Virus record (IMG/VR): IMGVR_UViG_3300020118_000066
Span: 1 to 50,477 of that record
Strand: one strand, 5' to 3'
Source: a virus
Taxonomy: Duplodnaviria > Caudoviricetes
Length of the DNA: 50,477 nt
Part shown: in pieces, positions 18,602 through 27,376 of the stretch
Layout of the letters: every line of letters begins with the position of its first letter
Position numbering within the stretch: the first letter of the stretch is position 1
Position numbers and translations under genes: made by a program
Notes under the pieces: generated by a model
What the model was told of the DNA's origin: nothing
Databases searched by the model: none
The model's input: only the letters and a program-made list of their open reading frames with translations

Positions 18602-19119
18602 TGGCTAACCAGACCTCTGCCGTTCAGAAGGTTGTCAAGACGATCTTCAGCGCCCCGATGCAGTTCACGGTGGCGAACGCCATCACCATTCCGGTGGGCG
18701 TCTATACGATGCTCCCCGGAACGAGCGGCGACACCGCGAACCGCGGCCTTCTGGATAATTACCAGAACGTCAAGACCGCGATTTTCACGGGGTATTGCAT
18801 CAGCGCTTCCAGCCCTGGTGATCTGTCGACCACGAACACCGTGGTTGGCAATACGTCGCCGGCGGCGGGCTTTCAGAAGCCTGATGCGTCCTGCGAGACA
18901 GGCCCGCACATCTGGGTTCAGCAGAGCATCACGGGCGGCTCGGCGCAGTCGGACGTCGGCAAGAAGGTCTGGCTCACCAACAACAACGACCTGACGCTGA
19001 CCGACCAGACGACCCCCGGCCTGTCGAGCGTGGTTGGCCGCGTGGTGTACTTCTGGTCCGCAACCTCTGAAGACGTGCTCATGTACGGCATGATCGGCTT
19101 CGATCTCATGACGAGCTAG
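18601..19119 (+). CDS. Head decoration / cement protein
   Basis: Between protease and capsid; SDVGKKVW...N.LTLT...VGRV motif. Confidence 0.6.
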   Translation: MANQTSAVQKVVKTIFSAPMQFTVANAITIPVGVYTMLPGTSGDTANRGLLDNYQNVKTAIFTGYCISASSPGDLSTTNTVVGNTSPAAGFQKPDASCETGPHIWVQQSITGGSAQSDVGKKVWLTNNNDLTLTDQTTPGLSSVVGRVVYFWSATSEDVLMYGMIGFDLMTS

Positions 19120-19138
19120 TAGCTAGGAGAAATGACAG

Positions 19139-20128
19139 ATGGCTAATCCAGTTTCGGTTGGCGCACTCCTGACGGCTGGACTTCGTCCTGAGTTCGCGAA
19201 CGTCTACCGCTTCAACTACACGGGCGTTGAAAAGCGCCTGCGCGACGTGGTCTGGCTGGACGCGACGTCCGACAAGATCAAGGAAATCTACGGCTACCTG
19301 CAGGCTGCGCCGTATCCCGTGCGCTGGCCCCGCGGCGCCGTTATTGATTCGAAGGACATTCTGTCCGTCCAGTTCTCGGTGCCCAATTTCGATTGGGGCC
19401 GCCGGATCTACATCCACGACAACGACATCCAGGACGATCAGACACAGACGGCTTACGTCGTCGCCCGCGAGCTTGGCGCCCACTGGGCCACGCTTGCGGA
19501 GCGGGTGTTCTACCAGGTCATGCAGAGCACGACGGACGCCAACCTGCTCCCGGCGATCCCGGTTGCCGCGGACGGCCTGAACCTGTACAGCGGCTCGTCC
19601 CGCTTCGGCGTGGCCACCGGCAACCAGTTCACGTCCACCGGAACTTCTACGGTGCAGCAGATCATCAACGACATCTACACCGTCAAGCAGACCTTCATCA
19701 ACTTCCAGGACACGGAAGGCCAGCCGCTCATGGATCCCGCGACGATCCAGGGCAACGGCTTCCGCATCTTCCATGGCCCGTCCATCACGCTCGTCATGGA
19801 GCAGGTGGCCAAGGCCATGATCGTGCCGATCGGCGCGAATACCGCTACGTCGAACGCCGGCGTCAGCAACCTGGTCATGGCCTCTGGGACGCCGATCGAC
19901 TTCGAGAACAACCAGCGCATCACTGGCACGAGCTACTACTCGTGGATGAAGGGCCTTTCGAACGATAAGCGCGGCTTCTTCCGCCAGGTTCGTCAGGGCT
20001 TCTTTGAGTCCGTCGGCAACTGGGAAGTGTCGGATCACACCCGTAACACGGGCGAAATCTACATCCAGTTCAAGACGCGCGAAGGCTACGGGCTGGCGCT
20101 CCCGTACAACACGATCAAAACGGTTTAA
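19139..20128 (+). CDS. Major capsid protein (Mu gpT-like)
   Basis: Position, 329 aa, E.YG.L...P...W, I.DDQ, DG..LYS, R.GYG..LP motifs; strongly biased codon use. Confidence 0.85.
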   Translation: MANPVSVGALLTAGLRPEFANVYRFNYTGVEKRLRDVVWLDATSDKIKEIYGYLQAAPYPVRWPRGAVIDSKDILSVQFSVPNFDWGRRIYIHDNDIQDDQTQTAYVVARELGAHWATLAERVFYQVMQSTTDANLLPAIPVAADGLNLYSGSSRFGVATGNQFTSTGTSTVQQIINDIYTVKQTFINFQDTEGQPLMDPATIQGNGFRIFHGPSITLVMEQVAKAMIVPIGANTATSNAGVSNLVMASGTPIDFENNQRITGTSYYSWMKGLSNDKRGFFRQVRQGFFESVGNWEVSDHTRNTGEIYIQFKTREGYGLALPYNTIKTV

Positions 20129-20162
20129 GGCTGTCTCTAGGCTTTGAAGGAGGAACAGAAGC

Positions 20163-20906
20163 ATGGCCAAAGACACTCTTCCTGCGGTTAGTCTGCCTGA
20201 AGCGAAGAAGGTAGAGCAGTTCAAGGTCGATCTTGGGTTCCTTGAAGGCCTCAAGAAAGACGTCAAGACCAACGATTCCGTTGCCACCAAGGTCTACTGG
20301 TTTGGCACACTTCCGATGCTCGGCACCCAGACCATCAAGCGCTTGGACCGCGAAACCGGTGGGGTTGAGAAAGTCGAATCCACGGCCGGCGAACTTTTCA
20401 ACAACCCCCATCAGGATCAGATGTGGGTGGGCCGCTGCCCCTGGTTTCAGAACATCTCAGTGCGCGGCTGCACCTTCAACGCCTATACGTCGCTTCCGGT
20501 CAGGACGGGCATGGAGAGCCCTGGAAAGATCGGGGAAAACAGAAACATGAAGGCCGGCCTCATCGCGGAGTTCACCAAGGAACAGGTGGACTTCATTCTG
20601 AATGAGGTCCGGTTGACCTTCGTGCGCCCTCCGGTGTCTCCAACGCGGCCGGAAACCGCGGAGATCTATCGCGTGGTTGAGTCTGACGGGAAGTACCTCC
20701 ATCAGGCGCAGGTGTTGATGCACGACGCCATGAAACTGAGTGGGCTCCCCCCGGATCCCAGCAGATTTGTTTCCAGCAACTTCGATCCGAACAAGCACCA
20801 CCCGGTGTCGGACTTCATTTACCTCCGCGAAATCCCTGATGCCGGGATGTGGCCTGATCTGATGGCGCTGTTCAGCAATCCGCCCCCTTCTCTGTCTGGG
20901 AGGTAA
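20163..20906 (+). CDS. Hypothetical protein (head module)
   Basis: AGGAGG RBS, in operon. Confidence 0.7.
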   Translation: MAKDTLPAVSLPEAKKVEQFKVDLGFLEGLKKDVKTNDSVATKVYWFGTLPMLGTQTIKRLDRETGGVEKVESTAGELFNNPHQDQMWVGRCPWFQNISVRGCTFNAYTSLPVRTGMESPGKIGENRNMKAGLIAEFTKEQVDFILNEVRLTFVRPPVSPTRPETAEIYRVVESDGKYLHQAQVLMHDAMKLSGLPPDPSRFVSSNFDPNKHHPVSDFIYLREIPDAGMWPDLMALFSNPPPSLSGR

Positions 20907-20915
20907 TGGCGCCGT

Positions 20916-22265
20916 ATGGCCACGATGACTCAGGCCCAGGTTCAAAGCGCATATTCCAATGCGGCCAAGATCATCGATCAGACGCGGCGCTTTGGGGCCG
21001 TTAACGCCACCAACCTGATTTCACTCCTGCAGACCTATGAGGCCAGCTATGGTGGCGACTTCATCCGGCCGGCAGAGCAGGCGATCCAGCAATGCAGGGC
21101 GGCTATCGCGGGCATCGTCACTCCTGGCTATATCCAGAGCGTTCTTACGCCTTGGATTCAGCAGTACATGCTCTCGGTGGTCGGGCTGACCAATCTGACC
21201 AACATTCAGGCTGCGCTTCAGCAGCTCTACGTCTACATGGCCCAGAACAAACTGGCGGTTCAGAGCAGGGGCATTACTTACGGTACCCCTACCGCCATTA
21301 CGAGCATCACCGGGGCGGCAAACTCCGGTAACGGTCAGATCATCCGCTTGACGCGCGATCAGTGGAATTACCCTATCGAAAATATCTGGCCGGATCAGAA
21401 ACTAGCCCAGTGCGTCCAGGACTCTCAGACTGGCTCCAAGCTTGGTCAGGAAGTGTTTACGGTTAACGGCAACGTGCCATACGTCGACCAGATCAAGCGA
21501 AGCGGTTCCGGGCTGAATGCCACCTTTGTGGCACGTACCACGGACGACACCAATCCTGGCCTCTTCAACGCCAGCTTCGATCAGTTCTCTAGCACCACGG
21601 GTGATCGCCTGAACCCAAACGGCATCACCAACTGGACCAGCCAGAACGGTGATAGTTCCAGCTTCTATACGTTCGACAATACCAATATCTTCCGGGTGGC
21701 GCCTTCGGTGACTTCGACCACGTCCTATTCGCTAAATATGGTGGCGTCCAACGTCATTTCGCAGCTCTTGAGCGCCAAGGGAACGAAGCTGAACCAGGCT
21801 ACGCCCTACATGCTGGCGGTCATTTATAATGCCCAAGTCAACAGCGCCACCGGAACGCTGACCGCGCGTATGGGCAACGTAGGCGCCTCGGTGACGGTAG
21901 ACGGCAAGACCGGCTGGCAGGTATTGACGGTGCCGGGGACCATGGGCCAGGGCGCGTGGCCGAAGAACTTCGCGGTGGCCAACGGGTCTAACTGCCAGAT
22001 CGCCATCGAATACGCCAAGACTGGCGGAACCGGCCTCCTCATCGGTGAGGCACTCTTCCTTCAGGGCCAGTCTCACGACAATACGTGGTACTGGGTGATT
22101 CCCGCCAGCAACGCCACGTATGCGCCGTGGAAGTTTGGCGACCAGCTCCGCTGGGCCGATCAGGACGGCGTTTCTACCGCGTGCAATCAGAACATGTTCT
22201 GGCGCGGCTTTGGGGTGTATATGCCGTCCAGCAACGGCTCCTCCATTACTTGGGCGGATGCTTAG
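20916..22265 (+). CDS. Putative virion structural protein
   Basis: GGAGGT RBS; Thr/Ser/Asn/Gly-rich with low charge; family not recognised. Confidence 0.6.
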   Translation: MATMTQAQVQSAYSNAAKIIDQTRRFGAVNATNLISLLQTYEASYGGDFIRPAEQAIQQCRAAIAGIVTPGYIQSVLTPWIQQYMLSVVGLTNLTNIQAALQQLYVYMAQNKLAVQSRGITYGTPTAITSITGAANSGNGQIIRLTRDQWNYPIENIWPDQKLAQCVQDSQTGSKLGQEVFTVNGNVPYVDQIKRSGSGLNATFVARTTDDTNPGLFNASFDQFSSTTGDRLNPNGITNWTSQNGDSSSFYTFDNTNIFRVAPSVTSTTSYSLNMVASNVISQLLSAKGTKLNQATPYMLAVIYNAQVNSATGTLTARMGNVGASVTVDGKTGWQVLTVPGTMGQGAWPKNFAVANGSNCQIAIEYAKTGGTGLLIGEALFLQGQSHDNTWYWVIPASNATYAPWKFGDQLRWADQDGVSTACNQNMFWRGFGVYMPSSNGSSITWADA

Positions 22266-22273
22266 AGGTTGAT

Positions 22274-22615
22274 ATGGCACTTACTCGAGGCGGAACGTTC
22301 ACGGTGGCCAGCGGTGCCACACTCTCTACCACCAACGATCTGCAGATTACCGATGGCTCCATGGAAATTGTCGGATTCCAGATCAATGGAACGATCATTT
22401 CCACGGCGATGACGTTCAACGCCTCCGTGGACGGAGTCACATTTCAGCCCCTCAATACTCAGGCGGGGTCGGCCCTGTCCGTGACCATCAAATCTAACGA
22501 AACGATTGGCTTGAGCCAGGACGTGCGCGCCCAGCTTGGCCGCTGGCGTTTCTTGCAGCTCATCATGGGTTCTACCGAGACGAACGGAGCGACGGTTACG
22601 GCGCTCATTAAATAA
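22274..22615 (+). CDS. Small beta-rich putative structural protein
   Basis: GAGGT RBS before ATG 22274; TF.AS.DG.TF motif. Confidence 0.6.
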   Translation: MALTRGGTFTVASGATLSTTNDLQITDGSMEIVGFQINGTIISTAMTFNASVDGVTFQPLNTQAGSALSVTIKSNETIGLSQDVRAQLGRWRFLQLIMGSTETNGATVTALIK

Positions 22616-22624
22616 GGTGTTTAC

Positions 22625-23080
22625 GTGGCTTTGCTGGACGATTACCAGGCGCGTATCAATACGCAGCTCCGTACCAATTGGAGCAATCCCGGGAACACTA
22701 CAGCCACGACCCCTAACACGGCGCTAGAAACTCTTGCGGCCTCCGATGTGGCCGGCCGCTTCCTTGCCGCCACTGCGGCGACCTACGACTCGACGAACCC
22801 AATCCACGTTGACGTCGCGGTGTTCGCCGTGGGGCTCAAGCTGCAGGTCTGGACAGGGCAGGTGGATAACTCCGTCTACGAGAACTATGTAGAGTCGTTC
22901 ACCAAGGCTGGTATGGTCTTGGGCCACGATCGCCTGACTCCGCAGACGGATTCCACGAAGACCCGCACGCCTGATCCCGCTGGCGCCAAGGTTGCCGCCG
23001 ATTGGACCACTTTCATTGGGGTTGTTCCCGCCATTCCTACGAACAGCCAGACGGTGGATGCCTCTGGCCAAAATACGTGA
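22625..23080 (+). CDS. Putative head-tail adaptor (Mu gp36-like)
   Basis: Position before the gpG-like gene; L..AASDV...F helix pattern. Confidence 0.5.
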   Translation: MALLDDYQARINTQLRTNWSNPGNTTATTPNTALETLAASDVAGRFLAATAATYDSTNPIHVDVAVFAVGLKLQVWTGQVDNSVYENYVESFTKAGMVLGHDRLTPQTDSTKTRTPDPAGAKVAADWTTFIGVVPAIPTNSQTVDASGQNT

Positions 23081-23092
23081 GGAGGTTATGGC

Positions 23093-23749
23093 GTGGGCGA
23101 CTTCTTTGATCCTAACATCAAGATCCACGGGGCCAACATACAGGCGGTAATTCGACTCCAAGGGGAGCTCGAGAACCCCGTCGCCCTCATGAAGAAGCTT
23201 GGCGCCATGGTGCTTGGCGCCTCCCAGCAGGCCTTCAAGCTGCAGCGCTTTGGGGATATCCCGTGGGCAGCGCGCTATCCAGCCCAGAAGCCTCCGAAAC
23301 TGAACATCGCTGGCGCCGTCAAGGACTTTGCCGAAGGCCGAAAAGCTCCGAAGCCTAATCGCTTCTTCGATCGGCCGGCGCTGATTGATGAGGGTATGCG
23401 CGGCGGTCTCCAGGGCTCGCTTACTTATCGAGCGGTGCATTCCTTGTCCTTCGAAGTCGGGACGATCAAGCGGCATGCGTGGGTCCATCAGCACGGCGGG
23501 ATTACCACTCAGCAGATCACAAAGCCAGTAAGGGATGGGATCCGAGGCTTTCTAAAGAAGAAGTCCCACTCCATCGGCCGCGGCTTGAAGGTCAAGCCGT
23601 CTGATTACGAGTCCAAACTGGCACCGCTCCTTAGAAAGCGGGTCCTGCGCACCCACGTAGGCGCGCGCCCATTTGTCGGAATTCATGCGGAACTCTGGGG
23701 TGATATGCTCCGCGCGGTTGAGGAGCATTACAAAGGGCTGGTGAAGTAA
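23093..23749 (+). CDS. Virion morphogenesis protein (Mu gpG / P2 gpS-like)
   Basis: F..Q....PW, L.D.G..L..S, VGT...A.VHQ.GG, ARPFVGI. Confidence 0.85.
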   Translation: MGDFFDPNIKIHGANIQAVIRLQGELENPVALMKKLGAMVLGASQQAFKLQRFGDIPWAARYPAQKPPKLNIAGAVKDFAEGRKAPKPNRFFDRPALIDEGMRGGLQGSLTYRAVHSLSFEVGTIKRHAWVHQHGGITTQQITKPVRDGIRGFLKKKSHSIGRGLKVKPSDYESKLAPLLRKRVLRTHVGARPFVGIHAELWGDMLRAVEEHYKGLVK

Positions 23750-24246
23750 TGGCCTCCCCACTTACCAGCAGCGTCCTATGTGTCCCTGGGACGCTTAGTT
23801 TTGGCGGTACCGTGATGGGACTCCTCCGGGACATGGTGTTTGAGCCGCGTTCCCAGGTCCGCTCCATCTATGCAGAGGAATGGGGCGTCTACGTGGACCA
23901 CATTTACTGCGGCGATCGCCCCGTGTTTAAGGGGGTGCTCCGGTATCCTGATACCGACGCCATTAGCACTCTGCCGCCGGCGGGGGCGTTTTCCTTCTCC
24001 TACAACCAGACGACCAGCCGTCCTGGCACGCCGCAGTACTCCCGCGGTGGGGTTCTCCTATTCACGCCAACCGCATCAGCGGCCCATCCTGGGGTCAAGC
24101 TGTACAACGCCATCCCACTGATTGACGAGGCGGCGCAGATCCAGATGTCTTTGGGTGAGGAATACGGCCTTGCGGTGGCGTTCATGGGAACGCCGGATTC
24201 TCAGGGAAGAGTTTATGCCACTGGTTTGGTGGGAGGTCTGCCATGA
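23749..24246 (+). CDS. Putative tail tube-like protein
   Basis: Position, size and beta-rich pattern only. Confidence 0.4.
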   Translation: MASPLTSSVLCVPGTLSFGGTVMGLLRDMVFEPRSQVRSIYAEEWGVYVDHIYCGDRPVFKGVLRYPDTDAISTLPPAGAFSFSYNQTTSRPGTPQYSRGGVLLFTPTASAAHPGVKLYNAIPLIDEAAQIQMSLGEEYGLAVAFMGTPDSQGRVYATGLVGGLP

Positions 24247-24479
24247 ATGACGATCTGGTTGACCTTTACGAAGCCTTCCAGCGCGGGGGCCATGGCTTGA
24301 CCATTGCCGAGTGGAAGGCAATGAGCTCCGAAGAGCAGGCGGCCGCCATTGAGGCATCCAACCGCATCGCCACGGAACGCGCAGCGCTGGTGGCTTACTA
24401 CGTCCTTTACCCAATGGAAACCTTGAAAATGGTTGTTGGTGAGGAGGCCGCCGTCAAGGCGGCTCTAACGAGCAAGTGA
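24243..24479 (+). CDS. Small helical protein, possible tail assembly chaperone
   Basis: Coupled ORF; LTIAEWKAMS.EEQ pattern. Confidence 0.45.
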   Translation: MNDDLVDLYEAFQRGGHGLTIAEWKAMSSEEQAAAIEASNRIATERAALVAYYVLYPMETLKMVVGEEAAVKAALTSK

Positions 24480-24979
24480 ACGAGGTAACGCTCCTAACGA
24501 GCATCAAAACGCTGCTGATCGCCCAGACCTGGAGCGGCGGAAGTGTTGTCTTCCCGTCCAACTCCGTCTACATCACCGCCAATACGGAGGAGGCGACTTC
24601 GTTTGCACTAAAGAACCTTAGGGCTCCGATCGCCCTCATCCGACCAGGAACTGGCGCCAGCGACCCAAAGTTTGACGAGCTTCCGGACCTGATTTATCTG
24701 GATGTGGAGGTCAGGATCATCCAGATCAATCCTGGCGATCCCGTTGGGGAAAACGTCCTGATCGGCGCCAACAAGACCCAGGGTACAGGGCGCTCCGAGG
24801 GCCGCGGTCTCTTTGAGATCGAACAGCAGCTTTACACGGCCATTGGCAAGCTGAATGCAGCCCAAGGGATCACCATTCAGTTCAGAAACAAGGGAGCGCT
24901 GACGGCTGGGACGCTCGAGAACGGCACCTATTTGGCGTACCGAGACCATACTTTCCAAGCCATTTGCACGATGACGTAA
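24476..24979 (+). CDS. Putative tail terminator/completion protein
   Basis: Coupled ORF; P.ALI..G and GL..I...L pattern. Confidence 0.45.
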   Translation: MNEVTLLTSIKTLLIAQTWSGGSVVFPSNSVYITANTEEATSFALKNLRAPIALIRPGTGASDPKFDELPDLIYLDVEVRIIQINPGDPVGENVLIGANKTQGTGRSEGRGLFEIEQQLYTAIGKLNAAQGITIQFRNKGALTAGTLENGTYLAYRDHTFQAICTMT

Positions 24980-24980
24980 T

Positions 24981-25823
24981 ATGGGCACCGTACCGAACGA
25001 GGGCGAAGTCAAAGTCAAAGTAACTCTCGTTACTGACGACGCCAAGCAGAAGCTTGCGGAGATTAAAAAGCACCTCCAGAAGAACGAGGCGCTGCGCAAG
25101 ACCGTCGTTGACCGCATCAACCGCGAGGGGATGGATTCCACGGGGAATACTCGCAAGACAGAGCGGACGATCGCAGACAGGCTGCTAGAGCGCATCGTCC
25201 CGAAGATGCACGGGTATAACCCGAACATGACCATCAGCCGCCTTGGGCGTTATCTCCCAGGAAGCGGCCTCATGGGGGCTGGCACGATCAGCGGCCCAGG
25301 CCTGCCCGGGCTTGGCGGCCTTGCCAGGAATGTCGTCAACAAGGCGATGGGAGCCATTAACCCATTTCCATCTGGCGGCATCGGCGGCTCGAATGTCACG
25401 GGCGGCGCCGGTAGCACGCTTGCGCTTGCGGCAGGGCTCTATACCGCGGCACAGAAGACCTCCAAGTTTGCGGGTTTAGCCCTCGCCTATTCCATGAAGA
25501 GCGGGGAAGCTGCGGCCAAGACGCCAGCGGGGCAGTTCCTAAGCGACCTAAACAGCACGTTCTCCTATATCAACAACTATCTCGGATCTTTCAAAGACGC
25601 CGAACAGCGCCTTGCGGATTGGGATGATGCTGTGGCGGCTGTGACCGGAAAGCTCCCAGATACCCAGTTCTACCGCCCGAAGTTTCAGCGCCAGGCGCTT
25701 GCGGAGCGGCAGTTCCAGGACATGGTTGCCAGGAATGCCGCTTGGACCAAGGCTGGCGCTCTTGGGAAGAGCGGCGCAGTAGATCAGATTGAGGATGCGA
25801 TTGCGCATTCGATGAGCCGATGA
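24981..25823 (+). CDS. Short tape-measure-like protein
   Basis: VKVKVTLVTD start, Ala/Gly-rich helical body, position before large tail genes. Confidence 0.4.
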   Translation: MGTVPNEGEVKVKVTLVTDDAKQKLAEIKKHLQKNEALRKTVVDRINREGMDSTGNTRKTERTIADRLLERIVPKMHGYNPNMTISRLGRYLPGSGLMGAGTISGPGLPGLGGLARNVVNKAMGAINPFPSGGIGGSNVTGGAGSTLALAAGLYTAAQKTSKFAGLALAYSMKSGEAAAKTPAGQFLSDLNSTFSYINNYLGSFKDAEQRLADWDDAVAAVTGKLPDTQFYRPKFQRQALAERQFQDMVARNAAWTKAGALGKSGAVDQIEDAIAHSMSR

Positions 25824-27376
25824 GCCTGACTAGAGACTGGGCGATCAGTTACGGTTCCTTCAACGTGGGCGGCTCCACGGCCCGCCAGATTGACGGCGAG
25901 GTCAGGCACACCTACGAAAACAACTTCGAAACCTCGATCATCGATTTCGATTTCATCACGACGGCAAGCACCGACGCTGCATTCACGACCGAGTGCAAGG
26001 CTTGCGAAGATGCGTTCCGGATCCCGCGCCTAGATTTCGTATTCACCCAGAACGGGCAGACTAGGCTATCGCTTAAGCAGAGCGATAACACCGGCTTGGA
26101 TGCAAACCCCACCATCACCAAGACCGGGGATCCAGCGGATACCGGACGGTCCATCAAGTACCACGTCCGGATCGAATTCGGCCGCCCCGCGGATAATCTG
26201 AACAATAGCTGCCGGCGGTTCTCCACCATCAACGTCGACTATTCACAGAGTCGCCAGCGTACCATCACGATCGCTGGCGTCTATACAGCGAACCCCTCTG
26301 GCGTGGTCGGAGCCTACGAGCAATATCTTGCGGCCATCGCTGCCTACGCCACTACGGCCACCAACGCCATCGATGCTACCGCCTCGTGGGAAAAGATCGG
26401 AGAGCCTCAGGTCGAACAGAACGCCACCGACAAGCTGTGCAACTTCAAGGTGGTATTCAAGGAGGTCATTTATAACCAGGCGGTCAATACCAAGGATGTG
26501 CCAGAGCTGGTCGACCCGCTCATGCTGATTGACGTTGAGCGGTTCTCGTGGGATTCAAGCGATGATTCCGGCTTTCAGGCTGGAGTAGGAACGAACGGTA
26601 CTACTAGCGGCCAGAGCGCATTTAGTGGTACCGGAGCCACCGGAAACCCTGGCCCCCTCGGGAATACCACGGGTGGCACCACGGATGTCACTCAGGTCAT
26701 GGGTGGTACCGGCCCCACGCTCACCAATCAGAACGCCAATGAAAAGCCGTGGCTTATCCACGTGTCGTATACGGTGGCGGTAGACAAGACGATCACGACG
26801 GACCTGGCTGGAAAGTATAAGAGCACCATCCGGCCGCTCCTCATCTCAGCGGCGCAGAGCTATGCGGTTGGCGCTTCGCTTACGCTCATCGAAGACAAGC
26901 CGGAATACGACGCCTATTACAACCGCATCAGCTCAACCATGCAGTTCATCGCCTATATCAACAACATTGTGGAGCGTCATGTCACGATCAGTGACCGGAC
27001 CAACTTCGGGGCTGCGCTGACGGGCCTTTGGTCCAAGGGCGCATTCGACAAATATAAGTACCAGGGACAGGGGGTGAAGATCCGGACGGTCTTGGAGGAG
27101 TTCGTGGCGATCGATACCTATAACGGTGCCGTCATGGCCATGATTAACTCCCTGGCCGGCACGCCTCCGGACTCCTCTCCCACCAGCTCATTGGGAGATA
27201 ACTGGGCTGTGATCTCAAGGGAGCCGCGCGGCACGAGCATCAACCGAGGCATCTCAGACGGCGGCACGACCAATTACATTGCCTCGTGGGCCATTGAAAC
27301 GGTCTTGGAATACGGCGTCTTTAGGACCGCTAACATCGCCACAGCCGGGACTGTTAACGCAAACGTGGCGACCTAA
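25820..27376 (+). CDS. Putative tail protein with Gly/Thr-rich insertion
   Basis: Coupled 518-aa ORF in the tail region. Confidence 0.6.
   Translation: MSLTRDWAISYGSFNVGGSTARQIDGEVRHTYENNFETSIIDFDFITTASTDAAFTTECKACEDAFRIPRLDFVFTQNGQTRLSLKQSDNTGLDANPTITKTGDPADTGRSIKYHVRIEFGRPADNLNNSCRRFSTINVDYSQSRQRTITIAGVYTANPSGVVGAYEQYLAAIAAYATTATNAIDATASWEKIGEPQVEQNATDKLCNFKVVFKEVIYNQAVNTKDVPELVDPLMLIDVERFSWDSSDDSGFQAGVGTNGTTSGQSAFSGTGATGNPGPLGNTTGGTTDVTQVMGGTGPTLTNQNANEKPWLIHVSYTVAVDKTITTDLAGKYKSTIRPLLISAAQSYAVGASLTLIEDKPEYDAYYNRISSTMQFIAYINNIVERHVTISDRTNFGAALTGLWSKGAFDKYKYQGQGVKIRTVLEEFVAIDTYNGAVMAMINSLAGTPPDSSPTSSLGDNWAVISREPRGTSINRGISDGGTTNYIASWAIETVLEYGVFRTANIATAGTVNANVAT

Noticed and set aside
17459-20290. 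Long minus-strand ORFs (369 aa and 394 aa)
   Set aside because: Antisense shadows of codon-biased protease and capsid genes; no motifs
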